Positions 37,879-50,788 are shown, numbered from the whole stretch's first letter. The stretch: 63,499 nucleotides of DNA, filler included, from Octopus bimaculoides (GCF_001194135.2; 8 parts of 7 records of this genome joined end to end with filler, not necessarily neighbours in it), one strand, 5' to 3'. The notes: generated by a model not told the origin, from the sequence alone. Program-made: numbers and translations.

Positions 37879-38119
37879 TAAAGATGTATAACTGTTGAAT
37901 TCTTCGCCTTTCTTTCTCGCTAAAACGGCAATAAAACAAACACCAAGTTTAAGTTACGTTAAACAAAACAATTATTGTAATAAGGCAAACAAACAGCTGT
38001 ATCAAAACATCTTGTTTTTCAACAGATCAATAAAAGAACAAGGACAAGAATAACAGCAACTACGACGACAGCAACAGCAACAACAACAACATTATAAACA
38101 ACAACACTTGATTCAAACA

Positions 38120-38248
38120 CTTAAATTAAATCGACCCCAGTACGCAAATGGTACTTAATTTATCGACCCTGAAAGGATGAAAGGCAAAATCGACCTCGGC
38201 GGAATTTGAACTCAGAAAGTAACGGCAGGCGAAATACCGCTAAGTATT
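38120..38248 (-). mobile_element. SINE family C fragment
   Basis: Reverse complement of the GCCTTTCATCCTTTC...AAGTACCA core. Confidence 0.85.
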
Positions 38249-38421
38249 TTATATTGGTCGAATCTGTTCCATTCAGAGGAACCAGCTCTGAGACGCTCGT
38301 GCGCACACACACACACACAAGCTCAGATGTACATATATACACTTACACACACGTACAACTATTTCTGCTTCTGCAATTCCCTTCTCTCTATATATGTGTA
38401 TATATATATATATATGTATAT

Positions 38422-38789
38422 GGTGGTTGTCTACTCCTTAAACAGAGTTTGACCACCTCCTGCACCTACACCTTAGCCCTTTCATGGCGTCTGATGTGGC
38501 TTTTTAAACCAGACAGTGTTTTGAAAAAACACCCACACAGATTGCACCTCTGATTTGCACTACCAATACCTGCAAGTAAGTTCTGCTCATTGTGGATCCT
38601 AACATGTCTTTTAAGACCCCCATTGGATTTGCAAACCCTCTGGCACACACCACATTCAAACGTGTGCACAGAAATATAATCAGAATAGCTGGGTGAGGTT
38701 TGTTTTCCATGGGTTCGCAGGTGAGATTTGAGGCCAGCCAAGGACAGACATGGTCTGTCACAGACTGTGCACACAAAAAGGTCCTTGTC
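38422..38789 (-). mobile_element. Open frame with three C2H2 zinc fingers, probably the C-terminus and 3' end of an RTE-clade LINE
   Basis: Codons 38789-38466 give three C-X2-C-X12-H-X3-H motifs with SxxGLKSH-type helices, no TGEKP linkers, then a ~45-nt UTR with a GGTGGT/ACCACC stem-loop and an (AT)n tail; 5' side is in a gap. Confidence 0.65.
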
Positions 38790-39005
38790 ANNNNNNNNNN
38801 NNNNNNNNNNNNNNNNNNNNNNNNNNNNNNNNNNNNNNNNNNNNNNNNNNNNNNNNNNNNNNNNNNNNNNNNNNNNNNNNNNNNNNNNNNNNNNNNNNNN
38901 NNNNNNNNNNNNNNNNNNNNNNNNNNNNNNNNNNNNNNNNNNNNNNNNNNNNNNNNNNNNNNNNNNNNNNNNNNNNNNNNNNNNNNNNNNNNNNNNNNNN
39001 NNNNN

Positions 39006-39041
<36 letters not shown>

Positions 39042-39053
39042 GCACACACGCAC

Positions 39054-39084
<31 letters not shown>

Positions 39085-42000
39085 TATATATATATAAACA
39101 CACACATATCTATCTATCTATCTATCTATCTTTCTATCTATCTATATATATATATATGTGTGTGTATATGTGTGTGTGTGTGTGCATATATATATATGTG
39201 CATATATATGTATGTATATACAGAGTATCAAACCTACACACGTACACCATACACGCCATTTTTACACAACCACGCGCATACATATGCGCGCGCGCACCCT
39301 CCCCGCAAAACATAAATGAATTTTTTTTTCAAATTTTATTAGATCAGTACATAAATAAATTTGCATCATCGTTCTTCCGTTTTCGCAAATGAAATTCTTT
39401 ACTAATATATAACTACTGAGACTATCAGTGGCGAGCCGTGGTATTAATTAAAGTTCCCTGTATATTAATATTGGAAATTGCAAAAAAAAAAAAAATATAT
39501 ATATATATATATTTTAAAACACTATCAGTACACTGACTTTGTCTTGTTAAACATTCTGATTAAAAGTAGAATATTTTTATAGATACGTACATACACAGGC
39601 ACACATACACATATACATATACACGTACACGTACACGTATATATATATATATATATATATAAAAATTATGAGTTAGAGGTTATGCAACGGTCTAAGGGAT
39701 AAATGCATCCGTAGGCACTACTGGTGTGTTACTTAACTATGTATAGGCCTTGCTGTAAGGTTAACAGTAGTTGGTAATTTATTTTATCTTANNNNNNNNN
39801 NNNNNNNNNNNNNNNNNNNNNNNNNNNNNNNNNNNNNNNNNNNNNNNNNNNNNNNNNNNNNNNNNNNNNNNNNNNNNNNNNNNNNNNNNNNNNNNNNNNN
39901 NNNNNNNNNNNNNNNNNNNNNNNNNNNNNNNNNNNNNNNNNNNNNNNNNNNNNNNNNNNNNNNNNNNNNNNNNNNNNNNNNNNNNNNNNNNNNNNNNNNN
40001 NNNNNNNNNNNNNNNNNNNNNNNNNNNNNNNNNNNNNNNNNNNNNNNNNNNNNNNNNNNNNNNNNNNNNNNNNNNNNNNNNNNNNNNNNNNNNNNNNNNN
40101 NNNNNNNNNNNNNNNNNNNNNNNNNNNNNNNNNNNNNNNNNNNNNNNNNNNNNNNNNNNNNNNNNNNNNNNNNNNNNNNNNNNNNNNNNNNNNNNNNNNN
40201 NNNNNNNNNNNNNNNNNNNNNNNNNNNNNNNNNNNNNNNNNNNNNNNNNNNNNNNNNNNNNNNNNNNNNNNNNNNNNNNNNNNNNNNNNNNNNNNNNNNN
40301 NNNNNNNNNNNNNNNNNNNNNNNNNNNNNNNNNNNNNNNNNNNNNNNNNNNNNNNNNNNNNNNNNNNNNNNNNNNNNNNNNNNNNNNNNNNNNNNNNNCC
40401 TCCTCGTCCCCCTCCTCCTCCTCAACCAGAGGCGTAGTAAACTTATTCAGAAAACGATGGTTTGAAGGTAGAATACTTTTGCAGCCCGACTTCAGTTGAG
40501 AGACAATGAGAAGTCAGAAGAAATTTTGTTTCCCTTCATTCTGTACTCAGGGGTGACTGTTCCCTTTCTTTCTTCTTACGCTTCTCATACCAGCTACAAC
40601 ATCTATACTTACCACTGATATCAAGTACTTTAACACATGCTCATGCTCAACCATCACCACTAGATAGGACTGTAATTCTGCTGACACATTCATGTACAAG
40701 ACGTGATTGAGATGGCGCAAGAGGCGGTACATTAGTATCTCAAATAATTAAAAATATATATTTTAAATACTAAGTTACTTGCACTAAAGCAACTAATTAC
40801 CCAACACACAAAGAAAACCAACCGACCAACCAACCAACCAACACAACAACCTAATTACCAACTCCTCACCTTCAGTCACCGAGTTCTGCTCCACTTGTCT
40901 TACTATCTTCTGACCTCCTATCGATCTTCACAATAGACTCTCACACATCACTGATCAAAACAAAAGCGTTTTCACAAGCTTCAAAAATGCCTGGTGGAAC
41001 CACTTTGTTCAAGAAATCTAATTACATCGCAAAATTGAAAATCAACACATCACAATAACCATTATTTTTGATTTCATCAGCTGACAACATCTCACTTTTC
41101 AACTCACAAGACGGTTTCAGACCATTACTCTCAACTAAACACCACTCACAAACCATAAAGAAAAAGAACATGATGACTTGGAAAGCAAAATGGGCGAATT
41201 TGCAGAGTCGTTACTGCCGCTGACTCTCTGCTCTGAGGTCAAATTCCGACAAGGTCAACTTTGCCTTTCATTCATTCGGCGTTGCTAAATAAGAAGGTAC
41301 CAATCTAAAGCTGTGGATTGGTGGGTTCGTTAGAATTTCATACCGGATGCTTTGCGTTATTTGTTCAGGTTATTTGCGTTATTTGTTTGAGTTTGAATCT
41401 CGCCATGGCCCACATAGGTGGTAGACTTAACTTGTCACCTTGTTTAACGATGCTATTTAACACCTCGGATGTCTTTAGTAGAGTCCAATCTGCCAGAATT
41501 CTGATCAAGTTTCTTGCTTGGGGACACTTTCTTCGCTCACTCTCATTAATCTGAAATACCTTGTAACGGATCATGGGTACCGCTCTTGACTGAAAGATAG
41601 GAATTAGAACCCCACCCCCAGTAAAGAACCCAACTAATTACTATCGGCACCATCAAAAATGTTAAAATCTATTCCCTACTGATAAAGAAAATACAAAACA
41701 TCTTAAGAAACATCAAAACGCTGGCTAGAAAACAATCTTCCAACTCCCCAGGTCTGTGTTGCATGCAATAAAAATAACAACCACATTTTCTCATTCTCTT
41801 CATCCTTTTCCTTTAGAATTTCCTTATCTATTACTTCTTTCATTGAACTGCGGTCAGGCTGGTATGTTACCTTAAACTGTTTTAGTTGAACAAACGAGCT
41901 CCAATTATTATTAAAAAAAAATCTTGTACTTATTCTCTCGGTCACTTCTGCAGAAATGCTAATGTTATAGGGCCGTAAACAAACCAGCTCCTGCTTCCCA

Positions 42001-42294
42001 GGGTTTAGACTTGGCCAAGGTATTTTCTTTTTGTATGGAATTCCATCTGTTGTTTATACAGTAAATCTCTCCTCCATATACCATCAATGTTGCCCACGGG
42101 AAAAGCAAGGGCCAATATAACTTGGCATCTATGTCATCGCAAGTGAATTTAGAACGTAAAGGTTAAGTAAGAATTCCGCAAAACATTTTATCTTATGCTC
42201 TGCCAGTCTCGCCAATCCACTATGCTCTAGTGTTTACAGCTTGAATGGTTTTGGGCATAAGTCTACCTGAACAGGGTTGATTTGAGGGTTATTA

Positions 42295-42960
42295 AACCAT
42301 CATCATCATCACCACCACCACCATTATCACCATCACCTTCATCATCATAATTATCATCATCATCATCATCATTAACGGCAGCAGCAGTAGAAGAAAAAGG
42401 AGAAGCAGAAGAAGAAGAAGAAGAAGAAGAAAAAGAAGAAGGGGAAGAAGGGGAAGAAGAAGAAGAAGAAGAAGAAGAAGAAGAAGAAGAAGAAGAAGAA
42501 GAAGAAGAAGAAGAAGAAGAAGAAGAAAAAGAAGAAGAAGTATCGACATCATCCTCTGCATCAGTAGACCAGCATCATCATCAGCAGCAGCAGCAGCAAC
42601 ACCACCACCAAAACAATAAACATAGCAACACAGATACAACAACAACAACACTAATACCAATAAGAATAGCAAGAAGGAGAAGAACTGCGACGACTACGAC
42701 AATAACAACAACAACAACAACAACAACCACAGCAACAACAACGGAACTCCGCCACCACCATTGCCCCCGCCACCACCGTCATCACTAGTCTAAAGAACAT
42801 CAGACACAACCATAAAGCAATGACGACACAAAGAATGCCGGTGACCAACTCAGTAGGAAAAAAAAACAACGAGAAAAGACTATCGACGACAACAACAACA
42901 GCAACAACAACAACAGCAACAACAGCAACAACTGCAATACCAACAACAGCAACTACGATA
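42295..42960. repeat. Compound trinucleotide microsatellite mosaic (CAT, CAC, GAA, CAG, CAA)
   Basis: Direct. Confidence 0.9.
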
Positions 42961-43691
42961 ACAAAGCTTCCATCTACAAAAACTCTAGCATAATACAAAT
43001 GTGGAGAGTTACAAAGAAAAGAGACCGAGAACATAAAAGTAAAAAAAAACCCCCAAAAAACCATTAACAACAAAAGCAGCAAAATAAATAAATAAATAAA
43101 TATATAAATAAATAAATGAATAAATAAATAAAACTCTTTCCAATTCCTCGGAAATATATTCTTGTTGAAGTTTGATTCAGCACAAGAAATTTTTTCGTAT
43201 TAGATTTCCTGCGAGATTCTTTGGCCATTTCTGCTTCACATACCTTCCTTAATGGAGAGATGTCGCTGCATTGCTAACACTACCAGCCTGGCTGCCTGTC
43301 ACAACAGCAGCGGCAGAAGCAGAAGCAGCAGAAGCAGCAGCAGCAAACAAGAACGAAAACAGAACAAGGGTGGTCATCGTTAAAAGCATAGGAGTGGTCT
43401 CTCTCTGTCTTTGTGTGTGTGTGTGTATAATATATGAACACGTATTGAGTATACGTATATACACATATACACACAAATATAAATGTATGTGTGTGAAACG
43501 CCTGTGTTAGAATGGGGGCAGCTGATGAAGGAGATGTTCTCTATGTGTCCTGTGTGTTTTCTGTACTCGTTTATCATTTTCTCTACGCTTTGTTTGCAAT
43601 GTCCTGTACCCAGATATGCATCTATATATACAGGTAGATATAAGTATGTACATACATGTACGTATATATGCATATACTGATTTATTATTTG

Positions 43692-43726
<35 letters not shown>

Positions 43727-44114
43727 TTTTAGTATTAATTTTAGCTTTAAATGGGAAATTATAAGAAAAGCTCAACCTTATAGAAATAATAGATATGGAT
43801 GTGAATTGTGTTCTNNNNNNNNNNNNNNNNNNNNNNNNNNNNNNNNNNNNNNNNNNNNTTAATTAATTAANNNNNNNNNNNNNNNNNNNNNNNNNNNNNN
43901 NNNNNNNNNNNNNNATATATGTGCATAACAGTACATACATACGTACATAACAATATTCCTTGTTTGTTTTCGTATAATCATCATCATCATCCAGACATCA
44001 GCTAACACTGCACATTCTGCTGATTAAAGATTAAAGATTAACCACGCGAGAAGGTCCAGAAATGTGTAGAAGATAAAGGAAAAGACGAGAGAGAGCGAGT
44101 GAGAGAGAGAGAGC

Positions 44115-44155
<41 letters not shown>

Positions 44156-44813
44156 CGAAATGGTTAAAAAGAAAAAAGAAAGAAGGAAAAAAAGGAAAAA
44201 GAAAGGAAATAAGAAAGAAAGTGACGTAGTCTGTAATTTGAAGCTGAAGTGAGTGGAAAGCTTGGAAAGATCTACCGCGCGTGCGTAAGCGTGCTTGCGC
44301 TCGTGTGTAACTTGAGGGCGGTTGTGGTGGCGGTGGCGTATGGACATTCACAAATATATGTTTATATACATACACACACGCGCACACAAAACCATCACAC
44401 ACACGTCACATATACGCACACACATATGTGCATATATATATATATATATATGAGCGAGAGAGACTGAGTGAGATAGAGAGAGAGAGAGAGAGAGAGAGCT
44501 GTACGTGTATATTTATACACACGCATACGCTCATACGCGTGTATGTGTGAGAATGAGAAAGAGAAAAAGAGAGAGAGAGAGACATTTATAGATAGATAAA
44601 TAGATAGATAGAGATAGAGAGAGAGAGAGGGGGGTTGGGCAGAACGAATAGCTTTAGGTGTGAATGCATGCGCGTAAACTCCCCTCGGTGTAATGAGTGT
44701 GATAGTTTTCTGTATTCGTGCTATCTGTAATATACGCACCTTTACTAACAAGCGTATGTGCGCGATGGGTGTATATATTTTTGTGCGCGTGTTTATATGT
44801 ATGTGCTGGTGTG

Positions 44814-44844
<31 letters not shown>

Positions 44845-45216
44845 TATAAATTTAATCAATATATGTATACGCATTTATGTGAGTGCATTTATGTACATTC
44901 GTATGTATGTTTATATATGTATGTATAAATGTAGGTACGCATCTGGGTGCGTTTACAGACGCTGGATTTTGTGTACAGCTGTATAAAAACAAACACTAAA
45001 CCGAATAAATTTTAGCTTTTACTTCTGAGTTTTGGCATAGTACTTATTCATCAGACTGCCTGATAAACGCTCGAAGCCGAAACTTCGAAGTAACTGTCAA
45101 TGCTTTCCTTCTAAACATAGCATATTAGCACACACACGCGCGCGCGCGTGCACAAAAGCTTCTACAAAATTTACTTGAATCAGTTACAATAATTAGAAAA
45201 GATATTTTTTAAAAGT

Positions 45217-45627
45217 AGGAGTGGCTGTGTGGTAAGTAGCTTGCTTACCAACCACATGGTTCCGGGTTCAGTCACCCTGCGTGGCACCTTGGGCAAGTGC
45301 CTTCTACTATAGCCTCGGGCCGACCAAAGCCTTGTGAGTGGATTTGGTAGACGGAAACTGAAAGAAGCCCGTCGTATATATGTATATATATGTATATGTA
45401 TGAGCGTGTGCATGTTTGTGTGTCTGTTTTTGTCCTCCCAACATCGCTTGACAACCGATGCTGGTGTGTTTAGGTCCCCGTAACTTAGCAGTTCGGCAAA
45501 AGAGATCGATAGAATAAGTACTAGGCTTACAAAGAATAAGTCCTGGGGTCGATTTGCTCGACTAAAGGTGGTGTTCCAGCATGGCCATAGTCAAATGACT
45601 GAAACAAGTAAAAGAGTAAAAGAGTAA
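45217..45627 (+). mobile_element. SINE family A, full length, young-looking
   Basis: Intact CpGs; head to GTAAAAGAGTAAAAGAGT tail. Confidence 0.93.
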
Positions 45628-45799
45628 CTATGTAAATAAAATTATTAATTATTTTATTTAACAGAATGACACGAACTAAATATGTTCCTTGAAAATCAAA
45701 AGAAAAAAAAAAGACACAATCCCGAACTATACCTTATGAAGAAACATTTATCCAAAAGGTGAAAAAATGAAAATACAACTATAAATATTTCATTTGTAG

Positions 45800-46600
45800 T
45801 CACCCGTTATCATCAGAACAACATCCTTCATTCAGCTGCACGATACATCCCCATTTTACATGAATAATTAAATCCTTGACAAATAATTAAAAAATCACAA
45901 ATCATCAGCAGCCGAAGAAACCCATTAAATTTCAAGAGATTTGTAACAAAGGCGAGAATCAATTCGATGAGAGAAATAATACAAGTAACAAACTTTTGTG
46001 GGGCTTACGAAATAATTGAACAAGGAACAGCCAACAGATTTACGAATGGGAAGGAATTGAAAGTGAATGCAAACATGAATTTCATAACGAAAAATCATAT
46101 ATACTACATCGCATGCCCATACTGCAATAAGTGGAGAAACAAGGACAAAACTAACCAGTCGTGTGCAGGAACAACAACTTATAGTTTCATCTCTAAGGAA
46201 TGTTCTATGTAGTAAACATCAAGACATATGTGCAAATGGAAAAATTTTAATATTCCCTTTTACAAAATAAAAGAAAGGCAAAAGAAGAATACTTTATAAG
46301 AATTCTAAATCTGAAACTAAGCAGGAAATAGTTAGCATTTAAAACTGTCGACAATTTAAAATATTCCTCTTTTAAAAATTATAGAAATGATGAACTGCAA
46401 GGGATAGAAGAGTTGTTTATAAAAATTCAAAATCCGAAACTAAACCGGAAATATTTTACATCATTACAAAAAAAAAAAAAAAGAAAAGCAAACAAAAGCA
46501 AAGAAACCCACTTCTTTATGGAGTAATCCGGAACACGTGTGTTGGAAGAAATTTGAAAAGCGAAAGCGCTTACATGCAAAATACACACTAGACATAAAAT
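45800..46600 (+). mobile_element. Penelope-like element relic: linker and GIY-YIG endonuclease, with tandem second 3' end
   Basis: IISSRRNPLNFKRFVTKAR; FTNGKELKVNANMNFITKNHIYYIACPYC; GETRTKL.SRV; SKH.DICANGK..IFPF; KEEYFIR..N.KL. The second terminal copy IEELFIKIQNPKLNRK is at ~46400-46455. Confidence 0.8.
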
Positions 46601-46644
46601 AATCACTATATTCAAACTGCTTCCAGAAAAGTTCATGACATTCT

Positions 46645-46864
46645 CTAGTTTTACTTGTTTCAGTCATTTGACCGTGGCCATGCTGGACCACCGCCTTTAG
46701 TCGAGCATATCGACCCCAGGACTTATTCTTTGTAAGCCTAGTACTTATTCTATCGATCTCTTTTGCCGAACCGCTAGGTTACGGGGACGTAAACACACTA
46801 GCATCGGTTGTCAAGCGATGTTGGAGGGACAAAAACAGACACACAAACATACATATATACACAC

Positions 46865-46899
<35 letters not shown>

Positions 46900-47073
46900 C
46901 ATACATATACATATATACGACGAGCTTCTTTCAGTTTCCGTCTACCAAATCCACTCACAAGGATTTGGTCGGCCCGAGGCTATAGTAGAAGACACTTGGC
47001 AAAAGTGCCACGCAGTGGGACTGAAACCGGAACCATGTGGTTCGTATGCAATCTACTTACTACACAGCCACTC
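46645..47073 (-). mobile_element. SINE family A, full length
   Basis: Reverse complement of the 45217 copy. Confidence 0.93.
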
Positions 47074-47204
47074 ATGTAAATTAATATTTTTTTTTAGCAA
47101 GTTAATAATTAAAAAAAAAAATCATTTTGTAATTATATATGTTGCCAAGGTAGCCAGACAACTGGCAGAACGGATACTAAAGTTCTGCAAGACAAGTGAC
47201 CAAG

Positions 47205-47451
47205 AAGTAATGTTCATTGACCCCGAGGAAGAGCTTTGTTCTCAGTCTCGGTTGCAATGGCGTACGTATTTCCAAGCTGGACGGGACGCCAGTCCATCGC
47301 AGCGTTACTCATTTTTGCCAGCTGAGTGGACTGGAGCAACGTGAAATGAAGTGTTTTTCTCAAGAACACAACGCGTCGCCCGGTCCAGGAATCGAAACCA
47401 CAATCTTACGATCACGATGCTGACACCCTAACCACTAAGCCACGCGCCTCC
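47205..47451 (-). mobile_element. tRNA-derived SINE family E, near full length
   Basis: Minus strand GGAGGCGCGTGGCTTAGTGGTTAGGGTGTCAGC...GGTTTCGATTCCCTGG (A/B boxes); abuts a SINE A 3' end at 47452-47568. Confidence 0.88.
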
Positions 47452-47769
47452 GCAGAATAAGTACTAGGCTTACAAATATTAAGTCTTGGGGTCGATTTGT
47501 TCGACTAAAGGCGGTGCTCTAGCATGGTCGCAGTCAAATGACTGAAACAAAGAAAAGAATAAAAGAATAAATACTGTGGTGAGTTTAAAGAAAAAGTTCA
47601 AGGTGATCCTGCAGAAAAATTCGCAGTCTAATAACTGAAAGAACTATGGATGAAAAAATAATGATACATTTACAAAATTTGAAGAAAAAGTTTCTTAAAT
47701 TAAAAAATATAAATTATAAAAGAAAAATCTTTAAATGTCAGAATGACACAAATCTTTTGAAAAGGAGTA

Positions 47770-47975
47770 TTCGTAATGGATAAGCGCTTTAACTTTTTAC
47801 CGATTTTTAAGCACATGTATACAGAAGTTATTTTTAGTAGAAGTGTTGACTATTTCCGGTTTAGTTTCGGATTTTGAATTCTTCTAAAGTATCCTTATTT
47901 TAGTTTCTATAGTTGATCATTTTTCTTCTTTCGTTTGGAAGAAAGGGAATAATTTGGATTTTTCCATTTGTTTAA
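47770..47975 (-). mobile_element. Inverted copy of the PLE 3' region
   Basis: Reverse complement matches 46234-46335, 46420-46455 and 46530-46575 (CAAATGGAAAAAT, CAAAATCCGAAACTAAACCGGAAATA, AAAGCGCTTA). Confidence 0.8.
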
Positions 47976-48199
47976 TTGTCTAAAATTTCACAACATCGAC
48001 AATTTCTAAGAAGTGAATCTTTAATTTGTTTATCGCTAAAAAAAAATCGTGGGTGCTCTATAAGAATAGATGATACTGCTATTTTAACCCCTGATGGACG
48101 CTTCCTCCCGCTGATTATTCAGTGCACTTCGCACTCGATATAATTTGCAAGCATGGAGAGAACTCCCTACTATTCTAACCCGGATACCACCTGATCATG

Positions 48200-48232
48200 C
48201 GATTTCGACCTCATTTTGGTCATCCTCAGTCT
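48200..48232 (-). ncRNA. Hammerhead core with stem II (stems I and III degenerate)
   Basis: CTGAGGA-T-GACC-aaaatga-GGTC-GAAA (48229-48203), next to PLE relics. Confidence 0.45.
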
Positions 48233-48317
48233 GCTAGACATAGCAATACTTCATTCCAGATTGCAATATATAGAAAAACAATGTCATACAACCATTGGTT
48301 TTGCAACTAGTAAACTA

Positions 48318-48805
48318 GCACGTTAAAGATTAATTTGTTGCTTATATACCCTAACCATCGCGTTACCAACAGCACTGTATGCCAGTGAAACTTGGAAAGT
48401 AACATCAACAATATTCAAGAAACTGGATGTATTCCATCAGAGGTGCTTGCGGAAAATATTGAAGATCTCCTATCGTGACCACATCACAAATACTGCAGTC
48501 CTCCAGTGAGCACAGTCAAGAGGGTTGCAAGACATCGAGACAGAGAGAAGAATGAGACTAGCCGGGCACATTTTCCGCATGCCAGACCAACGGCACGCCG
48601 AAGCGGCATTTAGATGGGAACCACCTGGCAGAAAGAGAAAGAGAGGAAGACCAAAAACAACATGGCGCAGATTGTTCAAAGCAGACATAGCAGTAATAAA
48701 CAGAAAATGGGAAAACATCGAGAGAGAGGCTGCTGATAGAGATCAGTGGAGATTGTTGTCTGCTCAATGCGCCACCAGACGCAGGATGGACTAAAGACTA
48801 ATGAT
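48318..48805 (+). mobile_element. RTE (BovB-like) LINE C-terminal relic
   Basis: LPTALYASETWK...LDVFHQRCLRKILKISYRDHITN...RRMRLAGHIFRMP...KRKRGRPKTTWRR...AADRDQWR. Confidence 0.9.
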
Positions 48806-49271
48806 ACCCTAACCCAATGTATTAATTTTGATCCTATGAGCCCAATATAATTCTCATTGCATTCTGAGCATGTGATAAAGTAAATGAAATATTTTTGCTT
48901 TACAATTCATGTTTGCATTAAACTTCAATTTCCTCATATTCGTGAATATTTTGGTTTTGCCCTGTTCAATTTATTTCACACATTTCACAACAATTGTCTC
49001 TGCATTTCCTTACCTTGTATTATTTCTTCTGACTTGAATTTTACCTATATTGAACGTTTTTAAGATTACATGCTCTTCAGCTTTTTCATAGACGTAGCAG
49101 ACCCAACTCTGATAAGTAGTTTTATTGGGCCTTTTTATCAGTTAGTTTTCTTTGATGTCAATCGAGTTTAGTGGGAGGGCGTATAGGCTGTTATAAAACT
49201 TAAAGACCAATATATATTGTTTTTTTTCCAACTGTATAACACACGCATATCTCTGCAAACACAAGTATGCA

Positions 49272-49317
<46 letters not shown>

Positions 49318-49508
49318 NNNNNNNNNNNNNNNNNNNNNNNNNNNNNNNNNNNNNNNNNNNNNNNNNNNNNNNNNNNNNNNNNNNNNNNNNNNNNNNNNNN
49401 NNNNNNNNNNNNNNNNNNNNNNNNNNNNNNNNNNNNNNNNNNNNNNNNNNNNNNNNNNNNNNNNNNNNNNNNNNNNNNNNNNNNNNNNNNNNNNNNNNNN
49501 NNNNNNNN

Positions 49509-50057
49509 CAAATTTGTTGAAAATTCACCTAAACTTGAAAAACTTGTAATTGTTTTAAAATAAATTTACTTACATTTATACCAAACTAATTTCAACAATA
49601 TTTTTTCTTTATCAATGGTAGAAATTAAGAATTATGAAATGAATTAGAAAAATAACTTTTGCTTGTAAGGGTGTTTTTCGGAATCCGGTGCAAGCGAAAG
49701 TTCCTGCACACGACAGAAAGAGAATCACAGAAACTATAAATCCCTTGTTTTTCTCCCTCTTAACTCAATATAACTGAAATTTTGATGAAATTCATTTCTT
49801 TTCGACTACTACTATCGCTGTTGAATTTTGTACATTTAAATAAGTTGATCAGCAGTTTTTATATTATTGACTGTTATGAACATTTAAACTTGTAAACATT
49901 GAAACTTTTAAACATGCTTTTCTAATTCATAATTCTAAACTTTTACCATTGATAAAGAAAAAATATTTTTGAAACTAGTTTGGTATATATGTAAATAAAT
50001 TCATTGTAAAACAATTACAAGTTTTTCAAATTTAGGTGCATTTTCAACAACAGATTT
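49509..50057. mobile_element. MITE/foldback with ~140-bp terminal inverted repeats
   Basis: 49509-49652 matches the reverse complement of 49920-50057; the left end runs into a gap. Confidence 0.8.
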
Positions 50058-50131
50058 GCCTACATTTTTTCCTGCTTGGAAATACACCTCTTCTTTTGTT
50101 ATATATATATATATATATTGAGAACGTTTAT

Positions 50132-50173
50132 TCTTTTTCTGCAGAAGCGCGTAGGCTCGAAACGTTGAACAGA
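50132..50173 (+). ncRNA. Hammerhead-like motif with CUGCAGA core
   Basis: Stem I TCTTTTT/GAACAGA (1 mismatch), CTGCAGA-A-GCGC-gtag-GCTC-GAAA, palindromic ACGT, H17=U. Confidence 0.5.
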
Positions 50174-50299
50174 CACACTTTGATGTTCTTTCGCACAGTT
50201 CATTTTGCTTTTTACATGGTTGGACCATATACATATATGTATGTATAAATATATAGATTCAAACATTCGAAAAGCAAGATGGTGTGAACGAATATCAAA

Positions 50300-50345
50300 G
50301 AGAGTTTATTCAACTTTTCGAGCCTATGCTCTTCTACAGATAGGA
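50300..50345 (-). ncRNA. Hammerhead-like motif with CUGUAGA core, inverted partner of 50132
   Basis: CTGTAGA-A-GAGC-atag-GCTC-GAAA-AGTT; downstream tail is homologous to that of the + copy. Confidence 0.4.
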
Positions 50346-50584
50346 TGCATGTAGGAAGAAGAAAAAGTGAAAAAACGTGTCTCAGTTAAACGGACAAAGC
50401 ATATTGTATATATACATAGACAGACACATTCACAATCTCTCTTTCATACACACACAAACACACATATATGTAAATATACACACATACTCACACACACACA
50501 CACACACACACACAAACATATATATATATATATGTGTATATATATATATATATACATATATAAACATATATATATACACATAAG

Positions 50585-50622
<38 letters not shown>

Positions 50623-50748
50623 AATTTACCTATACACATACATACATACACGCATACGTGCATATATATGTACATAAATATATACATATATATACGTACA
50701 TATATACATATATATATATATACACATACAAATATACACATATATATG

Positions 50749-50788
<40 letters not shown>

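Noticed and set aside
5737-47451. tRNA-like sequences at SINE heads (families A, C, D, E and 9335-9403)
   Set aside because: A/B boxes are present but there is no complete acceptor stem and each continues into a repeat body; they are not tRNA genes.
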